From positions 2,200,123 through 2,264,122 of the forward strand of contig MU053557.1 in the NCBI GenBank assembly GCA_013239625.1: a DNA stretch of 64,000 bases. The letters run 5' to 3'. Of this stretch, positions 22,350 through 34,983 are shown piece by piece. The notes beneath the pieces are model-generated. The model had not been told where the DNA came from. It was given only the letters and a program-made list of their open reading frames with translations, and made no database searches. The stretch is from Lama guanicoe. Its lineage: Eukaryota. Both the position numbers and the translations under genes were made by a program. Each line of letters begins with the position of its first letter. Within the stretch, counting starts at the first letter, position 1.

Positions 22350-25300
22350 GTAACACAAAGTTTCCTTTTGCTTTTAGGGGCTTCTTAGATCCTATTACCA
22401 GTATCATTCTTAGTTGGAAGTTGACCTCTTTAGAAGTTATTTCTTGATTGAAGTTTCTGGGTTTTGGGCATGATGTAGATTCTTGATCAGAGCTTCTTAG
22501 TTCCTCGGACTTGAGGAGTTGAAAGAATTTCAGATAGCTTGTTTAGTGTTTCAAGAAGTATTTTAATAACATTGAGTTCAAGGAAATCTTATCTAGTGAC
22601 TTTCAGAGAAAGAAAAGTTGGTTAAATATAGAGGCTTGACTAAAAGGAAAGCATTAATGAAACCTCAAGAGAAATCATTAAGTAACACATTTTCATATTA
22701 ATAGAGAAACCATTTCTTCTTTTTTAACCAGTTTTTAAAATAGTTAATATGACTATAAACATCACTGTCAACATAGGAAGGAAAAGGAAAAAGAATGTTT
22801 TTACAATGTTAAAGTATAAAAACATGATTTAGTCTAATTGTTTGAACCGAGGAGGAAATTTTAAGAGTTTATTTGTAATTGTTTTTATGTATAGACAGCA
22901 GTATTTAGTATTACATGATTAGAATATGGGCTTTAAAATCAGGCTGCATAAGTTAAATTAGTAGCTTTAAAGTAAGTTGCTTAACTTCTTTGTTTCATTT
23001 TCACATCAGCAAAATGATGATCATAGTAGTAATCTATGATTTATCTCACTGAAGGTTAAATGAGATTTTTTATACACACACATCCTAGTCCAGTGCCTGG
23101 CACGTAAATGTTGATTATTATACAAAAATATTTTCCAATTTTTGTTTTCTTATAATTATTTAATAAATTTTTTATTTGGGTATCATTTGAAAATTTATAG
23201 AAAAATTACAAGAATAGTACCCCAGATATGTGCTATACCATGTACCTAGATTCATCTATTGAAAATTTGCCCCATTTGCTCTCCTTATATATCTGCACTG
23301 AGAACTTTTGTTTTTCTGAATCATTTGGGGATAAGTTGGATAAATCATGACTCTGGACTCCTAAATACTCTGTGTATTTCATATGAATAAGGATATTCTC
23401 TTAGATAGCTTGAGTACCATTATCAGTTTCTGTAAATTTAACATCGATAAAACACTTTAAATTACTATTTTCCAGTTTTGTCAGTTACCCCAACATTGTC
23501 CCTTTTTTATAGCATGTTTTTTTTCTCTCCAGTACACGATTCATTCTAAAGATCACATATTGCATTTAATTGTCCTTTCTGATACGTTTTAAAATGCTAG
23601 CCTGATTGAACTGATCCAACATTAAAGAAAACAAAATGTAGCTATACTTAATTCAAATCAATTGAGATTACTGTCACTTTTTGTTTTTGCTCATGCCCTC
23701 TAATTGTCTCATAAAGTCTTTCTAAAGTACAAGGAGATCCCGGTATGTTTCAAGTAATGGAAATAGGAAGAAACTTTTCTTCCATACCTGATAGTGTATA
23801 ATTTTTGGTCTACAGTATAGATTAAATCTCTTTACAATATAAGTTAAAATTTTTGTAGCACATGTCCTTTTTCACAGTCATTGAAGTTCAGTGAAATAGA
23901 AGTGTCTGTTTGAAAGACAACTCATTTGAATATAAGAAGAAAATTGCATTATCTTGAGTTTTGAAAGAAAAGTTAAAAAACCCCAAATTGTTGCACTATT
24001 TCATTTTGTATCTTTGTAGTAAATCCCAATTTCGAAAATTACAAAAAATGGATTTCAACTTCTATGTATAAGTACCCTACATGATGCTGTCTGGCATTTT
24101 CTGCATTTTTTTAAGCTTTTGTACATAACTTAAGTGTGATTACTAACAAATAATAGCTCATAATAGTGTATAAATATAGTAGTTTATAGTAATTGTTGGC
24201 GAACATCAAAGGAAAGGGATTTCAGGTAGCACTACCTTTGGCTAATTGTCTGTTTTTCTCACCTGTGCTCAGTTAATGCCGTTGCTCTGAGCAGGGGACA
24301 GAGGAGCAAATCTGAGGACTAGCCACTTAAAACTTTTTTCCTTGGTCCCCAGTTGCATTGTACCATCAGTTTTACAATAAGACTACTATTGGTCACACAG
24401 GGAACCAGGTGAGAGAATTTGGATCATTGACACAACTCATCCTGGTGCTAGAAAAACACTTGGTATACATGATTTTTTCCCCTCCCCCTTGTGCCATGAT
24501 TTATGAAGTACAATGCGTTCTATCTATAGCTGGAAAATTACTTCTGAATTTGCTGTCATTAAACCCCTTACCCTTTGTGTCTGAGTTCATGAACATGTGA
24601 AGAATAATCCATGAAGGTAGTAGATCTTTGATGTTATAATACCTTATTCACACTATGCCACAGTCATCTGAAATGTTAGAAGGCAGTTTTTCTTAGTCTA
24701 ATACATGGATTTATGACTGGAAGTATAAGAGCCTCTGGCACAGTCTCCCCCCTTTGGTTTTTCTGAAAATATCTTTATTTCATTCCGATTAAACAAATAC
24801 CTGTTGTAGAGAATTTTCATTATACATCAAAAGGAGACAAAATAATGCAGTGAATTCTTCCCATGTATTCATCACCCAGCTCTAGCAACTCATCAACCCA
24901 TGGTCAATCCTGCCCCATCTGCATATTTATTTAGTATACTTTTATATCTAAAATGTTCCAGTGGAATGAACGCTCTCAAGACGTGTAGCCATGATAGATG
25001 AAGATAATAAATAATTAAAACTTCTTAAATAGTGTGTAATGATCAAACTTCTAGAAGAGGGTGTGAGATAGAAAAATTGAAATCAGGGCAACATAGAAGA
25101 AAAACTTTTAAAATTAGCATACCTGGTCATAATCTGATTCTAGAAAGAAATCTTTTCATATTCTTAGAATAGTAGAATCAAAGTAGGTAAGAGGTTTTGG
25201 AGTATGAAGTCTGTGTGTATACTTCATATTAGTTCAAGAAAAATAAAAAGCAATTTAGTGCCGTGTAACTCATTTCAGAATGAAAGTTGAATTGTGGAGA

Positions 25301-25375
25301 AAATTACCCTTGCCACAGGAAATTCTAGAAAATTTATTTAAAATAGAAAAGAATACAGATTATTTTTGTTTAACA

Positions 25376-25475
25376 GGGTATATAGCTCAGTGGTAGAGTG
25401 CATGCTTAGCACGCATGGGGTCCTGAGTTCAATCCCCATTACCTCCATTAAAATAAATAAATAAACCTAATCTCC
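25376..25475 (+). mobile_element. tRNA-Ala-derived SINE (Vic-1 type), second copy in intron 3
   Basis: TAGCTCAGTGGTAGAGTGCATGCTTAGC...GTTCAATCCCC...AAATAAATAAATAAACCTAAT, clearly homologous to the copy at 1.6 kb. Confidence 0.85.
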
Positions 25476-26324
25476 ACTGAAAAGGTTTTTATTGTGAAAA
25501 TGTCTGAAAGAAGCCAAAGTAATATAATGAGCCCCTGTGAAGTCCTCATTTCAACTTCAATAGTTATAGATCCATGGACAGTTTTTTTTTTTCTTGTATC
25601 TTCAACCACTTCCCATCCTCTTAAATTATTTTGAAACAAATTCCAGATATGATGTCATTCATCTGTAAATACTAGTAGATATTTCTAAATGGTTCTATTT
25701 ACAAATTTTTTATCATATATAGAAATAATAACTCCTTAATATCATCAGATACCCAATCAGTGTTTAAATTTCTAACTGTTCATAAACATCCGTTTCCCTG
25801 CGGTGCCCCATCCCGTTTGTTTGACTCACGATTTAAATAATCAAGTTGGTTGAGATGTCTCGCTTTTTTTTTTTTTTCAATTTTCTCTCCCTTATTCCTG
25901 ATTCCCTCTTTCTTACTGCTTCTCACTTCCCTCTCCCCAGGATAACTATTCTTCTAATACCATGTACTGTTTTTTCCATTTTATATAACAAGAATCGTAT
26001 AATCTTTTTTTTTAAATCTGTACAAATCAAGCATTTTATTTAGTTATAGAGCAAGGATGCACTCATTCTCCACTTAAATATCATATTTGAGATTTAAAAT
26101 CACGTTTGGCAGTGTACCACAGGTTGCTAAATAAGACTTCACTCATACTGCTTTTGATTTCTTGATATCTTGTTATGTTTTCCATCGTCCATTGGAATCA
26201 TGAGTTGGGCTCCCTTAAAACCTATACTGATGCTTCCTGGATGTAAAAGTCACACAATCTTTTGTCTAGCTTCTTTAACTCATTATTATATGAGATTCAT
26301 CTGTATTATGCATGCCCTTTGATT

Positions 26325-26830
26325 TTTTTTAAACAGCTTATTGAGATGTAATTCATCCACCTTACAATTCACCTATTTAAAGTGTACAAATGTAGTGCTT
26401 TTTGTATTCAGAATTGTGCAGCCATCACCACAATCTGTTTTAGAACATTTTCATCATTCAAAAAAGAAACTCCCATACTTAAGCCATCATCTTCTAAGTG
26501 CTCTTCCCCCACTTAACCCCCACCATAACTACCACTAATCTATTTTCAGTCTCTTTGGATTGGCCTATTCTGCACATTTCATATAAAAGGAATTAGACAG
26601 TATGTAGTCTTTTGTGACTGGCTTCTTCCACTTAGCATAATGCGTGTATCAGTTCGTCTTTATTCGTGGCTGAATAGTACTCCATTTATGGGTATATCAT
26701 GTTTTCTTCATCAGTTGATGGGTATTTGGATTAATAGACAAATAGTTAATACTTTTTGACTGTTATTAATAATGCTGCTGTTAACATTCATGTACAAGTT
26801 TTTGTTTGGTCTTATGTTTTTTCTCTTAGA
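26325..26830 (-). mobile_element. L1 3' UTR (L1MB-like)
   Basis: aacagcttattgagatgtaattc...ttaaagtgtacaa...tttgtgactggcttcttccacttagcataatg. Confidence 0.8.
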
Positions 26831-28016
26831 TCTTTTGACTTTTTAAGAATAGTTTTTCCTATTAGAAAAACTAATTAGAAAGTAGTTTAGAAAATTAGTT
26901 TCCTAAAATTAGAAAATTTAAAGAGTGAATTAATACATTTCTATCAAAAAAGACCTTAGAAAATGTTGAAAAGCAAAAAGAAGGGAAAAGATGTCCAAGT
27001 TGATACCTTTTAGGTCTCTTTTAATCTTTAAATCTCCCCACCATACTTACCTATATATTTCTCTTCTTCTTTCCTCATCTCTTTTTTTCTTTAAATTTTA
27101 TTTTATTAAAGAAACCCAGCCATTTGTCTTAAGGAGTTTTTTTTTATTGTCTGGATTTTGCTGGTTGCATCTCAGTGGAGTAATATACCCTCTATTTCCT
27201 GTAAATTGATAGAGAAAATGGTTTTTAAATATAGTCTAATAATTGTAGGGTGTTTTTGCCAGCACCGTATGGTTGCCATATTGTGGCTGCCATTTTATGT
27301 AGCCTGAGTTTTGCTAAATTATCGTCATCTGTTCCATTCATTCACTTCCTGATTTGTGTGTTTTTAAGTGAGCTTCCCCATTAGATGGGCATTTGTTAGC
27401 TCTTACAGTGTCTTTAGTTCACCTCTAATAAAGGCCATATATTTGTTTTGAGGTTAACTGTTTAAAAGCAATACTAGAATCACTAGTTCTCAATTTCTAG
27501 TCAGTCTTGACTATTAGGTGTTAAAAGAAGCCGTAACATTTTCATTAATTCCAATACTACTTTTCCACAATACACATGAAATACTTAGTTTTATAGCATT
27601 TGTTAACTTAACCATTTGTTCCTGAAACCTTTTCTATGAAATAAATCTGAAGTTCTCCTCAAATGAATTATATGTATGAATATATTTTGTAGTTACGAAA
27701 ACATAAAGCATTTTGCTGTATGATACTTAGAGATTTGTAATTTCTGCTGTTTCAATTTAAAGAGTGAATTGCTGTTTTCCTCCTACACTGCTGTTCTCTA
27801 CTTTAAATTAACATTTAAAAATTAACATATTGCTGGTAAAGTAATTTCAGCATCGTTTTTACCTCTTCCTTTACCTGCCCAACTTTTTGGGATGTGATTT
27901 GACTTCAGTATTTCAGCATATTTGTGCCCTCTCTTGTGCCAGAAGGATTATCAGGTGGATGGGTTTTATAATTTATAGAAGGACTGTTCTTGTTTCTAAT
28001 AAGTATTTTCATATAG

Positions 28017-28108
28017 GTATTTCAGGAGCCAGCAGAGGAGGAACGAGATGGCAGAAAAAAGAAGTATCCCAGTCCCCAGAAGACTCGTTCAGAATCAAGT
28101 GAACGAAG
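28017..28108 (+). CDS. RBM27: RBM27 exon 4 (92 nt)
   Basis: catatag|GTA; VFQEPAEEERDGRKKKYPSPQKTRSESSER; AG|gtttgt. Confidence 0.93.
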
Positions 28109-28786
28109 GTTTGTGTTTATCTTTAATTAGGAAGACACAGATAACTCACTTTTCAGTTACTTTACAAGGGCATTAAAGGGATTTTTAACATATGCTCTAT
28201 TCCTCTCCCTCTAAACTGATTGAAGAAAGAAAATGTTACCTTTCTTCCTTCTGTTCCTTCTGTTTTTTGTCTTTGTCATACTTTCTCTTCCTTTTATAAA
28301 CAGTCATCATTATGTGCTTTCCCCAAGAGCTCAGGGGTGGGAGCAGTGTCCTTAGAGAATATCAATGAAATGTTCCATTTGGTTAGGGGTGCTCAGTATT
28401 ATAATTGTCCATAGCATTTTATATTATACGTAGTGAAGTTTATATGTTGAATCATCAGTCTACCATCAAAAAATTAGTCTTTGTTTAGGAAAACCTTGTT
28501 TTGAGCCTTTTGCCTTCTCCAGTTTTAAATATGATTTTCCCTTCACCCCTCCCCATACTTTGGATTCACCTCTTTTTTTTCGTTCTCCCTACCCAGTGTA
28601 CTTGAAGGGAATGTGTTTTCTTTTTATATAATGGATTAGAGGAATTATGTGGTGGTCTTACAGCTTTTTAAAACAGCATAGAAGTTATGAATTTTGATGA
28701 ATCAAGGAGGATATTTCATAGTACTGATTTGTTTACAGACTTGGTTTCTGTAGTATACACATGGCTTTCATATCTGTATATTACAG

Positions 28787-28980
28787 GACACGTGAGAAAA
28801 AAAGAGAAGATGGCAAGTGGAGAGACTATGACCGGTACTATGAGAGGAATGAATTGTACCGTGAGAAGTATGACTGGAGAAGAGGCAGGAGTAAGAGCCG
28901 GAGTAAGAGCCGAGGTCTGAGTCGAAGTCGGAGTCGAAGCCGAGGGCGCAGCAAAGACCAAGATCCAAATAGGAATGTTG
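28787..28980 (+). CDS. RBM27: RBM27 exon 5 (194 nt), RS-rich region
   Basis: ttacag|G; TREKKREDGKWRDYDRYYERNELYREKYDWRRGRSKSRSKSRGLSRSRSRSRGRSKDQDPNRNV; G|gtgagt. Confidence 0.96.
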
Positions 28981-29731
28981 GTGAGTAGATGAGGCGTCCC
29001 CCTAAAAACTATGCAGTTGTTTATCTTCCCATATCACAAGGATACCAGAAATTCCCTTAAAGGTAAGTGTACCTTTAATATATCTGAGCAATGTAAAATC
29101 TGGAATTGTCTCAAAAAACTTAATATTGATTTTGTTACAAAGACAGGGCACTATTCACAGGATGGAGTTGAAGGAGTTTGACCAAAAGATGCTATTCATA
29201 AGCATATCATACTTCATGTCTAGACTTAGGTCATTTTGTGTAATTGAAACAAATGTCCTTTAATCAACAAAGCTATCACTGGAGGAAGAGGATTGCCTTC
29301 CCCAGCCCAACTGCCTCTCCTTCCCCCCAGATCTGATTTAAGGTTGCCTAGAGTTTTTAAAATTAAAAAGAAAAAAATTTAAGTAGATTACTGTGACCCC
29401 AGCCACTGATCTCTTAGGATGTCAGTTTGGAAGTCAGTTCTTGGATAGCATTCGTAGTATCAGTAGAGAAGCCGGTCTTTCTTCATTATGTATTGATGTT
29501 GATGTTATAAAAGATGGTTTTACAGAAGTTATTGGTCAAGATATGTCACATTGTTGATGTTCCTGGTTTTGGGCTATGTTAATAATGAGAGTACTTTGAA
29601 ATATGGACAGCTCAGTAAGTTGAATTTAATATTCTCATCTTTCCTTTTCTGCAAGTGAGAAAATAAACAGAGTTTAAGAACATAGATATTGATCTTATTT
29701 GTCTCTTGTTTTTGTTTTGTCTCTAAAGCAG

Positions 29732-29992
29732 AGCACAGGGAAAGATCAAAGTTTAAGAGTGAAAGGAATGACTTGGAGAGTTCCTATGTGCCTGTGTCTG
29801 CGCCACCTCCGAACTCTTCTGAGCAGTATTCCTCTGGGGCACAGTCTATTCCCAGCACTGTTACTGTGATCGCACCTGCGCACCACTCTGAAAACACAAC
29901 GGAGAGTTGGTCTAATTACTATAATAATCATAGCTCTTCCAATTCTTTTGGTCGAAACCCACCACCAAAGAGGCGATGCAGAGATTATGATG
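29732..29992 (+). CDS. RBM27: RBM27 exon 6 (261 nt), ends in the first Cys of the CCCH finger
   Basis: aagcag|AG; EHRERSKFKSERNDLESSY...PPKRRCRDYD; G|gtaaaa. Confidence 0.95.
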
Positions 29993-31470
29993 GTAAAAAA
30001 TTCTCTTTTATATTGTACCCAAAAGCACTAGTAAGGCAAATGTTGCTGATACTGCATACCTTTCCATTGCAGCCTGTATTTGATTAAAAGGGATGAATGA
30101 GGAGAAACTCTTTTGGCATGTGCTTCTTTACTCATTTGTGTAATAGTTTGGCTCTTGTTAACAGAATATGTTCAAACCTGACCCTTCAGTTTGTTTTTTG
30201 TTCTTATTACTTCTGACACTCTAAGAATACCACAAAATTCGGTAGACTCTAGGAATTGTCATTTTTTTGTGTGGTGTTTGATGCTGGGAATTTGTTAAGC
30301 ATGTATAACCTATTTACAATTTTAATTTGCTAACTTTCCATTTGCAAGAATGAATCGGTGTGTGTATGTATTTTAATTTTTATTATGGAAATATTTAAAT
30401 ATTTATAAAAGTTGACAAAATATAGTGAACCCTAGTGTATCCGTGATCTCATCAACAGTTGTCAGCTCATGGACAGTCTTGTTTTGGTGTATATTTCTAC
30501 AGCTTTTCTCTGGCCTTTTCTTTGGCCTGTGTTACTTAAAGCAAATCACAGACATTATAACATTTTTTTTAAAACATAGAATGTATATATTTTTACATTT
30601 TATTTATTTTTTAAGTAGGGAATAGAATCACATAATTCAAGCATTAAACTCTCTCTCACCCCGGTCTTCCCTGCCCTTAAGATCTCTCAAGACCAATTTA
30701 ATGCTGTCAATTTCTTGTGTCTTTCCAGACATAGTCTGTGCATACTTATATAAACATATATTCTCCCCTACTTTCTTTTTAACATATATTCTAGTATGCT
30801 ATATACTATTTATACTCTTTTGCACAATGTTTTTTTACTTAGCAATATTTCCTGGCAGTCATTCTATGTAAATATACAAAGAGCTTCCTCACTATCGTTT
30901 TATGCTTCTTAGTATTCTGTATGTACAAAAATGTGTTCAAAGCTATTTCTTATTGATGGCACTTTTGGGGCATTCCACGTTTTTTGCTGTTACAAACAGT
31001 GCTACAGTGAATAACCTGGTACATAATGCTCATTTGAATATTTTAAACTAAAGTTTAACTTATAGATACAGCAGAAATGGTTGCTTTGGAATAATACCAT
31101 GAAAATAGTTGAAGTTAGATAATCTAGTTCAAGTTCCTTATCCCCCACACCTTTATTAAATTGTTACTTAAAATACCTGAAATTTTATTACAAAAACTCA
31201 GTAGCAAATAGATTAACCTGATAATCTACTGGTTGGTAGCCTGTTTTGACCCTGCTATTTACTGTCTCAAAATACAGTCTCACAATATGGAAAGTAGAGA
31301 GTATACCTGCCCCTACCTCAGTGTGTGTGATGATGAACAGAGTAACACTGAGAGGGCTTTAGACTCGTTGAAGAAAAAACACATGAATCAGATGGGTGGG
31401 TGTTTCAGAGACTTGTTTGTTTTCTGATCTCTGGGTAGGTCATAACATTATTTATCTTTTATTCTTACAG

Positions 31471-31764
31471 AAAGAGGATTTTGTGTACTTGGTGACCTTT
31501 GTCAGTTTGATCATGGAAATGATCCCCTGGTTGTTGATGAAGTTGCCCTACCAAGCATGATTCCTTTCCCTCCACCTCCTCCTGGGCTTCCTCCTCCGCC
31601 ACCTCCTGGAATGTTAATGCCTCCAATGCCAGGCCCTGGTCCAGGCCCTGGTCCAGGCCCAGGCCCAGGCCCAGGCCCAGGTCCAGGCCCTGGCCACAGT
31701 ATGAGACTTCCTGTTCCCCAAGGACATGGCCAGCCTCCACCTTCTGTTGTGCTTCCCATACCAA
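31471..31764 (+). CDS. RBM27: RBM27 exon 7 (294 nt), CCCH finger, poly-Pro and (PG)11
   Basis: cttacag|AA; completes C-x8-C-x5-C-x3-H (CRDYDERGFCVLGDLCQFDH); A|gtaagt. Confidence 0.96.
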
Positions 31765-32154
31765 GTAAGTATATGTTGAATATTTCTTTAGTGAAGGATT
31801 ATAGTTAGGAGAATCCATCCCTTTTAGCTAACTTGACACGATTTTATTTTTGAAAATAAATTATTAATAGAATTTGGGATATATTCCCATAATTAAGATG
31901 CTGTTCTTTCCTTTTTTCTATCTGGTGTTGCATTGCATTATCTGTAATACCTCCAAATGTGAATTTTCTCTGTTATGGTCTAATCTATATTGATCTGGAG
32001 TCAAAATCTTGCTAGTTGATAGCATCTTAGAAAGCCAATGTTTTGAAGATGTCAGGAAAAAGAGCATACCAGTAGTTTAGTGAAATTTCCCAGACTTTAA
32101 AGAAAATCTTGTGGGGAATATTGAAATAATCTTTAAAATATTTTATTATGGATA

Positions 32155-32495
32155 TTTTCTTTTTTTCTTCCACTTTTATTGCTGTGTAATTAAGGTACAG
32201 CACTGTGTAAGTTTAAGGTATACAGCATAATGATTTGACTTGCATACATTATGAAGTGATTATTGCAATTAGTAAACATTCATCATCTCATATAGGTACA
32301 AAATAAAAGAAATAGAAAAAAAATTTTTTCTTGTGATGAGAACTCTTAGAATTTACTTTATTAATACCTTTCATATGTAATATACAGCAGTGTTAATTCT
32401 ATTTATTATGTTGTACATTGCAGCTCTAGTATTTATTTGTCTTACAACTGAAAGTTTGTATCTTTGGATTGCCTTTGTACAATTCCTCCTCCCCT
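32155..32495 (-). mobile_element. L1 3' UTR fragment (same type as the 13.7-14.1 kb copy), antisense, in intron 7
   Basis: Its reverse complement aligns by eye with 13830-14137. Confidence 0.8.
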
Positions 32496-33903
32496 CTTTA
32501 GAAGTTTAAAAATATACACAAATGTGAATTAATGGTATACCAGGTACCATCATCCAACTTCAGTGGTTATTATTTAGCTGTTTTTGTCTTTTTTGTCCCC
32601 CTCCCTCCGCACACACTTTTTTTGGATTTTTTTTCCTGAGATAAATTTCAAATGTCATGTCATTTCACCACTATGTACTTAAATACGAATCTCTTTAATG
32701 ATATGGACTTAAAAAAAAAATCAATATGCTATTATCACATCCACCAAAACTAAGAGTAAGAAATGTTTAAAAATAATCATTTAAAAAACCTTAGTTTCAG
32801 GTTTGGCAGAAACAGAAGAGTAAAATGTTTTAAATGTAACTGAAAAAATTCTGGGGCAAAGAGTTAACGTGTACAAAGATACAGGAAAATATCTACTTGA
32901 AGACATTTAAAACATTAAGAGTTGGCAAGTTATTTTTTAAAATGCCATGCATTTTAAGTGGTACTTTTTGAATTTTCTTCTTTTATAGAAGTCCAATGCA
33001 CTATGCATTGTGTCATGGAGCCACCTGCATTTTCTTCTTTTTTAACTTTTAATTTAAAAAATTTTTATAGACTCACAAGAAATTGCAAAAATAGTTTAGC
33101 ATGATTTTGTGTACCCATCACATGGCTTTCCTGCATTAACGTTCTTTATAGCGCACCTTTCATTAAAGTTGATAAAGATTTGGAGACATTTAATGTGTAG
33201 ATTTGGTCAGTAGGAATATAGTTCTTCTAACAGTGTTTGTGAATATTGTCACATAAATGGTACAATTGTGAAGTTCAGGTTGAGATTTTGTTTCCTAGAT
33301 AAAAAGGCATCTTTGAGGTATAGACAGTCTCACAATAAAAATTCTTATCTCAGTATGGGAACATACCTGTTTAGAAGTTGAATCCAAAAATGTCATTTCC
33401 CTTCAACATTTTGCTACGAAAAATTTCAAGCAAATAGAAATACTCACCATTTAAGTTCTACAATTAACATTTTACTATATTTATATTATCACATATCTTT
33501 CCATCTCTCCATTTTTAATTTTGATTCGTTTCACAGTATGTTGTAGACATCAGTACACATAAACATGTTTATCATTAAGAGTTCTGTAGAGCTTTACCAT
33601 CACCTCAGAAAGTTTGTTCAAGTCCCTTGCCAGCCATTTTCCACCTCCACCCTTCAGAGGCAACTAGTTCTGCCATTTTTTTCCACCCAAAATTAGTTTC
33701 TTGTCTGTTATAGAACTGAAATATCATTTTAATTAATTATGCGACTCAGTGTTTAAGCCTGTACATATCAAATTCCTTAATTCTGTCTACACCAAAGTAG
33801 GAATTTTAAGTGTGAATATCCAAATTAGTACTGAGTATAGTGAGTACTTTTGTTATTTAGGAAACATTAATACTCTCTACTTTTTACTTTTTGTTGCCTG
33901 CAG

Positions 33904-34038
33904 GACCGCCCATAACACAGTCAAGCTTGATAAACAACCGTGACCAGCCTGGGACAAGTGCAGTGCCCAATCTTGCACCAGTGGGAGCAAGACTACCTCC
34001 TCCTTTACCCCAGAACCTCCTTTATACAGTGTCAGAAC
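33904..34038 (+). CDS. RBM27: RBM27 exon 8 (135 nt)
   Basis: cctgcag|GA; RPPITQSSLINNRDQPGTSAVPNLAPVGARLPPPLPQNLLYTVSE; C|gtgagt. Confidence 0.95.
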
Positions 34039-34739
34039 GTGAGTAAATGTTTGATTTAACATTGCTAGGGTATGAAAAAGCCAGGTTTTCTCATAATAGT
34101 TTTATACTTTAAATTTCCATTTTTGTGGACTTCGCTATATGAAAATTATATTTGTATTCAGAAGGTAGTTTACTGTGTGGCTGTGCTATATTACGTAGCT
34201 TTTAATTTTGTGAGATAATGGGAGAGAAGGGTGAGGCCTTCTGTATTGGAGAAGTCTGCTGTGCTGTAGAATAGCAACATTTGGTCTCTTACAAAGGAAT
34301 TTTATTTTGAAGCTTCTGTTCAAAAATTGTTCCTCTGATTGAATTGCCAAAACACAAGGCTTATCTCCTAAGAGTATACAAAGGGTCGGATAAAATACGC
34401 CTAATAATTACTTAACTTGTAATGCTGGAGTGAGAATAGCACCATTTAAACTGTAGTATTTAGTGGTTAGGCTATTATGGAACATTTATGTTTAACTGTA
34501 ATAATATTTTTTTGTGAATCCTAATTTTCTTTTATTTAGTAAGTGTTTTTTATTGTTGTTGTTAGTTTACTAAGGCTTAAAAAAAATTCCTTTTTCCAAA
34601 AACAAAGATAAGGTAGTTTATTATTAAAACTGTCAGACTGTGAAATTTTCTTTATAGAGCTAGGTAACTTCATAGGTAAATTCATCTTTTTGTAAACTGT
34701 GTCTATCATAATCATGTCTTCATCTCATTTGTGATTTGG

Positions 34740-34983
34740 AGAGGCAACACAGCAAAGTAAGTAAGCCCAGGTTTAAGTTCTGGTTCCATCACTTACATCA
34801 TTGTGACCTTAGGCAAGTTACTTAACCTCTTTGTATACTAGTTTCCTCTGCTGTAAAATAGAAATAACAACAACATTACTCACCTCATTAAGATTGTTTT
34901 GAGGAAGAAGGGGATTAATACGTATAAAGCATCTAGAGCAGTATCTGACATCTAGTAAGCTCTTTGTGAAGATTAGTTATTAT
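34740..34983 (+). mobile_element. MIR SINE
   Basis: tgtgaccttaggcaagttacttaacctct...agtttcctctgctgtaaaatag core. Confidence 0.8.

Noticed and set aside
28716..28968. Antisense ORFs with repetitive peptides opposite exon 5
   Set aside because: They are shadows of the RS-coding repeat on the + strand.
31327..31351. RTGATGA...CTGA resembling C/D snoRNA boxes
   Set aside because: The boxes are only about 15 nt apart with no terminal stem, too short for a snoRNA.
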